A stretch of 64,000 nucleotides of DNA from Macrostomum hystrix (lineage: Eukaryota; Animalia; Platyhelminthes), in assembly GCA_950097015.1 (NCBI GenBank), contig CATNEN010000039.1, positions 9,672,001 through 9,736,000 of the forward strand, written 5' to 3'. The first letter of the stretch is position 1. The number at the start of each line of letters is the position of its first letter. Position numbers and translations under genes: made by a program. Of this stretch, positions 13,771-24,997 are shown in pieces. The notes under the pieces were generated by a model that worked only from the letters and a program-made list of their open reading frames with translations, was not told the origin of the DNA and did no database searches.

Positions 13771-14464
13771 CATCTTGTTCCGAACAATTTCCATCTTCAA
13801 TAATCTATTATCCCTGCAGCTCCCGATCCCGTTCAGTTCCCATCGCCCATTGAGATTTCATTCGAACACTCTCGAGTTAATGAAAAAATATTCTTTAGTT
13901 TTCAGTTTCCCATCCTGACTCCACTAACTGCCTAGGACCGGGCATAAATATTCTTCCGCCTGTCGAGGCACACTCGGGCCTGGGTTCGTATTCAATTTCA
14001 GCCACTTCCCATCATAACGTCCCGCACCTAGCAATCAGCTTCGGTCTCAGATCCCTAGGCGGAACGCTATCTAACGCTATGAGAACATAAAACAGGTTGG
14101 CTCCCCCCCTGAGTCTCGGGTCTATTTTTCTGGCTTCCAGATCCTCATCTCAACGACATCCCCGCCTCTTCCCAATTTCTTCAATTCAATTCCATCCGCT
14201 TTTTATGCTTTCTTCCGCACTTTTATTTATTTCGTGAAGGCGTTTCATTAAAACAAGCCCCTGGTTCATTAATGCGGCAGTTTATGAATAGCCAGTTCCC
14301 CTATCTAGTCTAAAGTAAAATCTTAGATCCGCGAGCAGTTTGAGTTCCAAACATTCCACGAAACAGCCGAGAGAATTGGCATATTTAGGAAAATATAAAT
14401 AGGGTATCTGCCGAAATGAAAAAAACTACAAATTTTGGCTAACGCCCCGGAGAAATGCATCGCC

Positions 14465-15030
14465 AGTATCGACCGAAAGCAATAATTGAGTATCGACCAA
14501 AACTCTCAGAATTGATTGGGTATCGACCAAACGACACTCTCAGAATTGATTGGGTATCGACCAAACGACACTCTCAGAATTGATTGGGTATCGAACAAAC
14601 GACACTCTCAGAATTGATTGGGTATCGACCAAACGACACTCTCAGAATTGATTGGGTATCGAACAAACGACACTCAGATTTGATTGGGTATCGACCAAAC
14701 GACACTCTCAGATTTGATTGGGTATCGACCAAACGACACTCAGAATTGATTGGGTATCGAACAAACGACACTCAGATTTGATTGGGTATCGACCAAACGA
14801 CACTCTCAGATTTGATTGAGTATCGACCAAACGACACTCTCAGATTTGATTGAGTATCGACCAAACGACACTCTCAGAATTGATTGGGTATCGACCAAAC
14901 GACACTCTCAGAATTGATTGGGTATCGAACAAACGACACTCTCAGAATTGATTGGGTATCGAACAAATAACACACTAAGAGTTAATTCGGTATCGACCAA
15001 AAAACTCTTAAGGTTGATTGGGTATCATAC
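14465..15030. repeat. 32-34 bp minisatellite GAATTGATTGGGTATCGACCAAACGACACTCTCA
   Basis: Tandem periodicity. Confidence 0.95.
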
Positions 15031-15937
15031 GGGTGTGAAATATCTTTCCAGAAGAAGCAGAATTTCTTATAAATTATAAGACAGTCGCCAGTTTTTCTGT
15101 TTTCATGCCTGTTTTAATTTTTTTGTTTCTGTTTTTGAAAGCTCCATTTTAGCCTCCGAATAGCCTGGCAGAAGCCACGGACAGGCAGACTGGGAGAAGC
15201 CGGGCCAGCTGGACCAGCCTGGGGATTTAATATTTATCAAATGCAATCCCGACTGCCAGCGTGTCCGCTCTGCTCCTGGCGCCTCCCTACCCCGCCCTTC
15301 TTCCCAATGGCCCGCAGCGGTTGTTTCGCTTTTATTAAGATGGGCCTGCCCCACCCCCAACCCTGCATTTCCAACCCATCCATCACTCAAGAAGGTCGGG
15401 GCACCCTTTCTCCGCTCACAACCGCTCGGATTCGGCAAGCAATCCATTTTCCCGCTTTCCTCGCTTATAAATCGTTTACGATGCATGCGGCTTGGCACGC
15501 GAACCCTCGCCGTGTCGCTATTATTATAGAGACACAAGAAATGCTAATATTTTGATCGACCAAGCATTGTCCCTGTCTAGCCCCGTTGCACACTCTCGCC
15601 CACTTGTTTCGAATACATTGTCCCTGACTTCGCTGCTTCACCCCCTCAATGTCTTCCTGTCTATTTGTTGTGTTGCAACTTTAGCTATTGGCACTGGAAG
15701 CTGCATGCTGGTGACAGATGGCGCGTGGACTGCAGGAGTGGGGTGGGTGGCTTAGCATTTGTTGGCCACTTTTGATGCGTGAGGCCGCATAACTAATTTG
15801 GCCAGGACAGCGTGTTGTCAGTGGAGGCCGAAATCACAATGACCGTCTTGCACTGTGGGATTTTGTGGAAACTCTGGAAGAAATTTCTAGGAAAAATGAT
15901 AGATTTTTTGTTTGACATAATGCTATTCTGATTGCCG

Positions 15938-16315
15938 AGAGTAGAGTGGCGAAGGTGGAGAGTGCTCACAGTAGAGTGGTGAGGGAGAGAGTGCTCACAG
16001 TAGAGTGGTGAGGGTAGAGAGTGCTCACAGTACAGTGGCGAGGGTAGATGGTGCTCACAGTAGAGTGGTGAGGGTGGAGAGTGCTCACAGTAGAGTGGTG
16101 AGGGTAGAGAGTGCTCACAGTAGAGTGGTGAGGGTGGAGAGTGCTCACAGTAGAGTGGTGAGGGTGGAGAGTGCTCACAGTAGAGTGCGGAGGGTAGAGA
16201 GTGCTCACAGTAGAGTGTCGAGGGTAGAGAGTGCTCACAGCAGAGTGGTGAGGGTAGAGAGTGCTCACAGTAGAGTGCGGAGGGTGGAGTGTTCTCACAG
16301 CAGAGTGTTAAGAGT
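15938..16315. repeat. 30 bp minisatellite GTGCTCACAGTAGAGTGGTGAGGGTAGAGA
   Basis: Tandem periodicity. Confidence 0.95.
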
Positions 16316-16596
16316 TACAAGCGGCTCGGTCAGCATAAAAATACTCGCTTCTTTAATAAACGAATATTTTAAAGAATAATTCAGACTGCCAGGCTGGCTC
16401 ACACAGCAGTCTGGAAATTCTATCAATTCATTTAGTTCCTTTCTCTATTCTCATTTCCCCAAGAGAATAAAAAAATTCACAGCATAATCTGGGCTCGCAG
16501 CCTGTCTGGGGTTCACCGGAGTATCAAAAGGCTGCCAGTGAATAATTGAAAAAAAACGCCTCTTTAAGAAGGTAAATTAAAAAGCGAAGATTTTTA

Positions 16597-17700
16597 AGGG
16601 GCGGACTGAGGGAAAGGGCGGACTGAGGGAAGGGGCGGACTGAGGGAAAGGGTGGACTGAGGGAAAGGGCGGACTGAGGGAAAGGGCGGACTGAGGAAGG
16701 GGCGGACTGAGGGAAAGGGCGGACTGAGGGAAGGGGCGGACTGAGAAAGGGGCGGACTGAGGGAAAGGGCGGACTGAGGGAAAAGGCGGACTGAGGAAGG
16801 GGCGGACTGAGGGAAAGGGCGGACTGAGGGAAGGGGCGGACTGAGGGAAAGGGCGGACTGAGGGAAAGGGCGGACTGGGGAAGGGGCGGACTGAGGGAAA
16901 GGGGCGGACTGAGGGAAGGGGCGGACTGAGGGAAAGGGCGGACTGAGGGAAAAGGCGGACTGAGGAAGGGGCGGACTGAGGGAAAGGGTGGACTGAGGGA
17001 AAGGGCGGACTGAGGGAAAGGGGCGGACTGAGGGAAAGGGCGGACTGAGGAAGGGGCGGACTGAGGGAAAGGGGCGGACTGAGGGAAAGTGGCGGACTGA
17101 GGGAAGGGGCGGACTGAGGAAGGGGCGGACTGAGGGAAAGGGCGGACTGAGGGAAGGGGCGGACTGAGGGAAAGGGTGGACTGAGGGAAAGGGCGGACTG
17201 AGGGAAAGGGCGGACTGAGGGAAAGGGCGGACTGAGGAAGGGGCGGACTGAGGGAAAGGGCGGACTGAGGGAAGGGGCGGACTGAGAAAGGGGCGGACTG
17301 AGGGAAAGGGTGGACTGAGGTAAAGGGCGGACTGAGGGAAGGGGCGGACTGAGGGAAAGGGCGGACTGAGGGAAAGGGCGGACTGAGAGAAAGGGCGGAC
17401 TGGGGAAGGGGCGGACTGAGGGAAAGGGGCGGACTGAGGGAAAGGGGCGGACTGAGGGAAAGGGTGGACTGAGGGAAGGGGCGGACTGAGGGAAGGGGCG
17501 GACTGAGGGAAGAGGCGGACTGAGGGAAGTGGCGGACTGAGGGAAGGGGCGGACTGAGGAAGGGGCGGACTGAGGGAAAGGAGCGGACTGAGGGAAGGGG
17601 TGGACTGAGGGAAAGGGGCGGACTGAGGGAAAGGGTGGACTGAGGGAAGGGGCGGACTGAGGGAAGTGGCGGACTGAGGGAAGGGGCGGACTGAGGGGCG
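16597..17700. repeat. 19-22 bp G-rich minisatellite GGGCGGACTGAGGGAAA
   Basis: About 55 tandem copies. Confidence 0.97.
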
Positions 17701-18559
17701 AACAGGTGATATGATGGGCAGCTAATCAGCAGCTCACAATATGCACTCCTGCAAAGCTCATAGATCTCTGTGGCAGACGCTATGAGTCGCCAAGTGTTTC
17801 ATGATTTCTAAGAAATCTTCAACCGGCAGCCAACCAGGGATTCCTGCAAGTCCGCTATCAGCTATCAGATTGCCTCTCGACCAACCAGGAAATTTATCCG
17901 CCACCGTCTGCCAGGCTCTCCCCTAAGTCCATAGCCTTAGTGTGGTCCAATCGCCCTAGACATCCCATCCGGCCAGGCCCTCGCCCAGAGCAGCCTCTGA
18001 GAGTCGGGTCCTTATCTCCGCCCGGCAACACACTTTGGCTGCCCAGAGCCTCATCTTATCGGGCCGGTGTAGAGTTGTTTAATAATTCCAGACAGCTCTA
18101 TATTTTCCATAATACAAAACAGCACACGGTAGCTGCACACTTTGTGGACAATTCCCGAATTGAGGTAGCTGAGCTGGTTGACAACAATTTTACAACTTGC
18201 CATTAACAACTAAATTACAGGTAAGAATTTGTCTGACGTTCTGAAATTGTAAGCATTAGCTACTGCGTGAGGTGTTTAGGGTTAAAAGCAATCGCTGTCA
18301 GGTGGAAGGAATAGAAATAGCTACATTGTCGGTTGTGTGGCCTTTTGGGGAACAAATTTACAACCCTTTTGTGCAAAATGTCACTTTGTTTTTATGTACC
18401 AAGGGGAGTAGACTTGCTGTGCCATAAGCAGCCATCACTGCAGGTGGTTTGTGATAAACAGGAATAAAAATTTCAGATTCAGTTTAAGATTATGACCACA
18501 TTGCATTTAGGTTAGAACTATTTGTGGCTGATAATCTAATTGTTAGTTTCATTTCATCT

Positions 18560-19295
18560 TATCACACTGATAATCCCCTTCTATCCTTCTATAGTACCTG
18601 ATAATCTCACTGATCATCTCATTCAATCTATGTTGCTAATAATCTCACTGATGATCTCATTCTATCCTTCTAGCTGATAATCTCACTGATGATCTCATTC
18701 AATCTATGTTGCTGATAATCTCACTGATGATCTCATTCTATCTTTCTAGCTGATAATCTCACTGATGATCTCATTCTATCTTTCTAGCTGATAATCTCAC
18801 TGATGATCTCATTCTATCTTTCTAGCTGATAATCTCACTGATGATCTCATTCTATCTTACTAGCTGATAATCTCACTGATGATCTCATTCTATCTTTCTA
18901 GCTGATAATCGCACTGATGATCTCATTCTATCTTTCTAGCTTATAATCTCACTGATGATCTCATTCTATCTTTCTAGCTGATAATCTCACTGATGATCTC
19001 ATTCAATCTATGTTGCTGATAATCTCACTGATGATCTCATTCTATCTTTCTAGCTGATAATCTCACTGATGATCTCATTCTATCCTTCTAGCTGATAATC
19101 TCACTGATGATCTCATTCAATCTATGTTGCTGATAATTCCACTGATGATCTCATTCTATCTTTCTAGCTGATAATCTCACTGATGATCTCATTCTATCCT
19201 TCTAGCTGATAATCTCACTGATGATCTCATTCTATCTTTCTAGCTGATAATCGCACTGATGATCTCATTCTATCTTTCTAGCTTATAATCTCACG
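18560..19295. repeat. 38 bp minisatellite CTGATAATCTCACTGATGATCTCATTCTATCTTTCTAG
   Basis: Tandem periodicity. Confidence 0.95.
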
Positions 19296-19689
19296 AACTA
19301 ATTACAAAATAGATATATATCTTAGTAGTTAAACTGTTAGCTTTACCAAACATATTTTTGAACCTTGGTCTGCGATCTTTCCTACAGTTCAATTATCTAT
19401 TCTCTGCTCTCTCAATGGGCTCATGGCTTTTATTTAATAGATTGGCCAGTTAATTCTGCAACTAATTATGCTAATTAGGGCTATAAAATGCAAAGCCAAT
19501 TCCGGATTCTCTCCCAGGGACTCCGCATCATGGGTCAGTTTGAAATCGGTGGGAGATGAGATAAGAAAATGCCACTCCTGTTGCTGCCGCAGATAAGACA
19601 GAAAATCGCTCTGCTATTTAAACAAAAAATCGTAAAAAAGAGAACGAAAACAATTTGTTTAACATTTCTGATAACCCGACAGTCTCGAA

Positions 19690-20432
19690 TAAAGTATCGG
19701 TGGTAATGACACTGACGCCCTGAAGTATCGGTGGTAATGACACTGACGAGATGAAGTATCGGTGGTAATGACTTGACTTACTTGACTTAGCTGCAGGGTG
19801 GTCCATGGACACAGCGGGGAGGCGAGGATCGCCCATACCGCTAACCGCTGTAGGCCCGCAGACAGGCGAGGGCGCGGGGCCGGTCAGGGTGGTCCGCCGG
19901 TCCGTCCTGCAGCGTTGTCTTCCGTAGGGAAGAACGTGGCTCGTCTTGATGCCCGGAGTAACTGGACGAGCCGTGGAATGCTGTCGGGCTGGCAGATCTC
20001 GTCCATAGACGGGTTGGGCCCGAGGTAGCGTAGCCGGTCTCTGTTAAAGAAAGGGCAGTGATGCACAATGTGCTCAGCATCTTCGTTGTCGTACTCACAA
20101 AAGGGGCAGAGTTCACTCTCAAGGTCGCCCCGGAGGAAACAGTGCCTAGCGAGGTAGCCTTGGCCCGTGAGGGTCATGGCAAGGTGTTAATGACACAGAC
20201 GTCATGAAGTATCGGTGGTAATGACACAGACGTCATGAAGTATCGGTGGTAATGACACAGACGTCATGAAGTATCGGTGGTAATGACACTGACGACATGA
20301 AGTATCGGTGGTAATGACACTGACGACATGAAGTATCGGTGGTAATGATACTGGCGACATGAAGTATCGGTGGTAATGATACTGGCGACATGAAGTATCG
20401 GTGGTAATGATACTGGCGACATGAAGTATCGG
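19690..20432. repeat. 31 bp minisatellite GAAGTATCGGTGGTAATGACACTGACGACAT, interrupted by the LINE fragment
   Basis: Units present on both sides of the insertion. Confidence 0.93.
19773..20187 (-). mobile_element. 5'-truncated non-LTR retrotransposon: ORF2 C-terminal CCHC zinc knuckle, 3'UTR and (AAGTC)n-like tail
   Basis: LTGQGYLARH...CPFC....EDAEHIVHHCP (19884-20177); short tandem tail at 19773-19790; 7 bp TSD TAATGAC at 19766-19772 and 20188-20194. Confidence 0.85.
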
Positions 20433-21154
20433 TTAAAAGTAATTTCAAACTTTCTACAGCAAATATTTTTATTTTATTGACTCGCGAAATTAAAAAACAG
20501 AGTCGAGGCTGCATTTGGTTCATTGTCATATTTTAGCCAAACCATTTTTCGTATTTTTTTCTCCCTGTGAAACGGCCAGTCAGAATTTTGCGGCGTCATT
20601 CCATCACCGCCGAAATGATTGAGCATCTCAGCGATTGCTAGAATGTGTTCTCATCTCTACTGCTCCTAGGAGCCAGAGAGAGAAAAAAACACAAAATTGG
20701 AAGCCAGTTTTGGATAATCGATCCAGCGAAGCGAGGCCCACGTCAGGGCGTTGTGGAACAAAAAAGTTTCTGTGAAGCCTAAAAAGGATACTTCCCCTTG
20801 CCGCATGGCGCTGGGATGGACAGACGGAGGGGATCTGTTGCCGAGGGATAATCTCTCAGAGGGATCTTCAGGGTGGAGGCGCCCCAGGCTCGGATTGGGT
20901 CAGTTTGAGAAGGGACTTCGATGGCTGAGACGTTGGGGGGATTCCGTTGAGCCGGCGAAGTCCCGGCAGCAATGTCCAGGCTATTGGGGGTGAAATTAAT
21001 GCCGAGAGAGGAGAAGAGAATAGGACTTGGGATGAGCTGGCGAGCATAGATCCACCGATAAGTTCTCCGATTCCCGTAGATCAGTCAGCTCTCGGCTCCT
21101 TTCGTTAGTTAGTTGTTTCTAAGAAACTTTAGACACTCTTGATGTACTAGTATA

Positions 21155-22630
21155 TCTGATACTTCAGAAACTTCCGTGGTACTCCTGATACTTCAGGGAC
21201 TCTCTCAGTACCCCTGATATTTCAGGGACTCTCTCGTTACCACAGATACTTCAGGAACTCTCTCGGTACCCCTGATACTTCAGGAACTCTCTCGGTACCC
21301 CTGATACTTCAGGAACTCTCTCGGTACCCCTGATACTTCAGGGACTCTCTTGGTACCACTGATACTTCAGGCACTCTCTCAGTACCCCTGACACTTCAGG
21401 GACTCTCCCAGTACCCCTGATACTTCAGGGACTCTCTCAGTACCCCTGATACTTCAGGGACTCTCTCAGTACCCCTGATACTTCAGGGACTCTCTCGGTA
21501 CCCCTGACACTTCAGGGACTCTCTCAGTACCCCTGATACTTCAGGGACTCTCTCAGTACCCCTGATACTTCAGGGACTCTCTCAGTACCCCTGACACTTC
21601 AGGGACTCTCTCGGTACCCCTGATACTTCAGGAACTCTCTCGGTACCCCTGATACTTCAGGGACTCTCTTGGTACCACTGATACTTCAGGCACTCTCTCA
21701 GTACCCCTGACACTTCAGGGACTCTCCCAGTACCCCTGATACTTCAGGCACTCTCTCAGTACCCCTGACACTTCAGGGACTCTCTCAGTACCCCTGATAC
21801 TTCAGGGACTCTCTCAGTACCCCTGACACTTCAGGGACTCTCTCAGTACCCCTGATACTTCAGGGACTCTCTCAGTACCCCTGATACTTCAGGGACTCTC
21901 TCAGTACCCCTGATACTTCAGGGACTCTCTCAGTACCCCTGACACTTCTGGGACTCTCTCGGTACCCCTGATACTTCAGGAACTCTCTCGGTACCCCTGA
22001 TACTTCAGGGACTCTCTTGGTACCACTGATACTTCAGGCACTCTCTCAGTACCCCTGACACTTCAGGGACTCTCCCAGTACCCCTGATACTTCAGGCACT
22101 CTCTCAGTACCCCTGACACTTCAGGGACTCTCTCAGTACCCCTGATACTTCAGGGACTCTCTCAGTACCCCTGACACTTCAGGGACTCTCTCAGTACCCC
22201 TGATACTTCAGGGACTCTCTCAGTACCCCTGATACTTCAGGGACTCTCTCAGTACCCCTGACACTTCAGGGACTCTCTCGGTACCCCTGATACTTCAGGA
22301 ACTCTCTCGGTACCCCTGATACTTCAGGGACTCTCTTGGTACCACTGATACTTCAGGCACTCTCTCAGTACCCCTGACACTTCAGGGACTCTCCCAGTAC
22401 CCCTGATACTTCAGGCACTCTCTCAGTACCCCTGACACTTCAGGGACTCTCTCAGTACCCCTGATACTTCAGGGACTCTCTCAGTACCCCTGACACTTCA
22501 GGGACTCTCTCAGTACCCCTGATACTTCAGGGACTCTCTCAGTACCCCTGATACTTCAGGGACTCTCTCAGTGCCCCTGATACTTCAGGAACTCTCCCAG
22601 AACCCCTGATACTTCAGGGACTCTCTCATG
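21155..22630. repeat. 29 bp minisatellite GATACTTCAGGGACTCTCTCAGTACCCCT with higher-order structure
   Basis: Tandem periodicity. Confidence 0.97.
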
Positions 22631-22934
22631 GCGTTAGAAGTCTCAAATGTAGTCACATAGCGATTTTCGCTGTAAAGATTATCATTTTCGTAAAAACTGA
22701 GTGCGAGCATTTTGCATAGAAAAAGTTACAATTCATTGAAATGAAAAATACGAAATTTTATGGATTGCTACTTTAAACGTAGAAAATAATTTCAAGATAC
22801 GGGCTTTGCAAAGGAACCGAAGCAACATTCGATTTTAGGAAAGAAAAATCTTTTCGAAATGCTGCTACATTTTCTATTCAGGTTTTTCCTTGAATTCTCT
22901 TTGTTTCAGACCCTCTGAGTTACCCGAGGAGTGT

Positions 22935-23615
22935 CTGGTCACTCTGCTCCGTGACATCTGGTCACTCTGTTTAGTGACATCTAGTCACTCTGTTTAGTGA
23001 CATCTGGTCACTCTGCTCAGTGACATCTAGTCACTCTGTTTAGTGACATCTAGTCACTCTGCTCAGTTACTATTAGCAGAGTGAGAGTGTCTAAAGATGT
23101 ACTTCAGTGACTAGTCACTCTGTTTAGTGACATCTAGTCACTCTGTTTAGTGACATCTAGTCACTCTGTTTAGTGACATCTAGTCACTCTGTTTAGTGAC
23201 ATCTAGTCACTCTGTTCAGTAACATCTAGTCACTCTGTTCAGTAACATCTAGTCACTCTGCTCCGTGACATCTGGTCACTCTGTTTAGTGACATCTGGTC
23301 ACTCTGCTCAGTGACATCTAGTCACTCTGTTTAGTGACATCTAGTCACTCTGTTTAGTGACATCTAGTCACTCTGTTTAGTGACATCTAGTCACTCTGTT
23401 TAGTGACATCTAGTCACTCTGTTCAGTAACATCTAGTCACTCTGTTCAGTAACATCTAGTCACTCTGCTCCGTGACATCTGGTCACTCTGTTTAGTGACA
23501 TCTGGTCACTCTGTTTAGTGACATCTAGTCACTCTGTTTAGTGACATCTGGTCACTCTGCTCAGTGACATCTAGTCACTCTGTTTAGTGACATCTAGTCA
23601 CTCTGTTCAGTGACA
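22935..23615. repeat. 23 bp minisatellite GTCACTCTGTTTAGTGACATCTA (hairpin-forming unit)
   Basis: Tandem periodicity; GTCACT..AGTGAC internal inverted repeat. Confidence 0.95.
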
Positions 23616-23927
23616 CATTCGAGTATAATTCTAGAGTATATGATCTAGTCTCAATATTTGATGCTATCGCTAAGCCAGCTGAGAGAACTTATGGTCTAGA
23701 TATACTGCAAACAAAAACTCCTTTAGAAATATCTATGATTTCGATTCATCTCTGCAAGACCCTGTTTGCTGCAGACAAATATACCCCCACTCTCCACCTA
23801 GCAGCAGAACCATCTATAGTCGATGTACTTCAGTGCTGAATTTCTTATTGACAAATGAAAATTGGCACACCTGTCAGGCCAGCCAAATTGGCTGAGCCAA
23901 ACAGTTCTGAGACATAGACATAAACAT

Positions 23928-24945
23928 AGAGTGACTAGTTTGGGCAGCTCAGTGACTGAATGGAGTGACTAGTTTGGACAGCTCAGTGACTGAATGGAGT
24001 GACTAGTTTGGACAGCTCAGTGACTGAATGGAGTGACTAGTTTGGACAGCTCAGTGACTGAATGGAGTGACTAGATTCTGAGGAATGGAGTGACTAAATT
24101 CTGAGGAATGGAGTAAGTAGACACTTAGGAATGGAGTGACTAAATTTTGAGGAATGGAGTTAGTAGATTCTGATGAATGGAGTGACTAGACAAAGAGGAA
24201 TGGAGTGAGTAGACATTGAGGAATGGAGTGACTAGATTCTGAGGAATGGAGTGACTAGATTCTGAGGAATGGAGTGACTAGATTCTGAGGAATGGAGTGA
24301 CTAGACACTGCGGAATGGAGTGAGTAGACACTTAGGAATGGAGTGACTAGATTCTGAGGAATGGAGTGACTAGACACAGAGGAATGGAGTGACTAGACAC
24401 TGCGGAATGGAGTGAGTAGACACTGGGGAATGGAGTGACTAGACACTGCGGAATGGAGTGACTAGATTCTGAGGAATGGAGTTAGTAGATTCTGAGGAAT
24501 GGAGTGACTAGACACAGAGGAATGGAGTGACTAGACACTGTTGAATGGAGTGAGTAGACACTGGGGAATGGAGTGACTAGATTCTGAGGAATGGAGTGAC
24601 TAGATTCTGAGGAATGGAGTGAGTAGATTCTGAGGAATGGAGTGACTAGATTCTGAGGAATGGAGTGACTAGATTCTGAGGAATGGAGTGACTAGATTCT
24701 GAGGAATGGAGTGAGTAGATTCTGAGGAATGGAGTGACTAGATTCTGAGGAATGGAGTGACTAGATTCTGAGGAATGGAGTTAGTAGATTCTGAGGAATG
24801 GAGTGACTAGATTCTGAGGAATGGAGTTAGTAGATTCTGAGGAATGGAGTGACTAGATTCTGAGGAATGGAGTGACTAGATTCTGAGGAATGGAGTGACT
24901 AGATTCTGAGGAATGGAGTGACTAGATTCTGAGGAATGGAGTGAG
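23928..24945. repeat. Compound minisatellite: 34 bp unit, then 23 bp GAGTGACTAGATTCTGAGGAATG
   Basis: Tandem periodicity; ends about 40 bp before the innexin acceptor. Confidence 0.96.
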
Positions 24946-24997
24946 TAAAACTGCACCAAAATTCCTCCCGCTTGAAACTTTCAGAGCCGAGTTGGCC

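Noticed and set aside
18560-19295. Hammerhead ribozyme core (CTGATGA) repeats
   Set aside because: No GAAA or cleavage triplet with stems in the unit.
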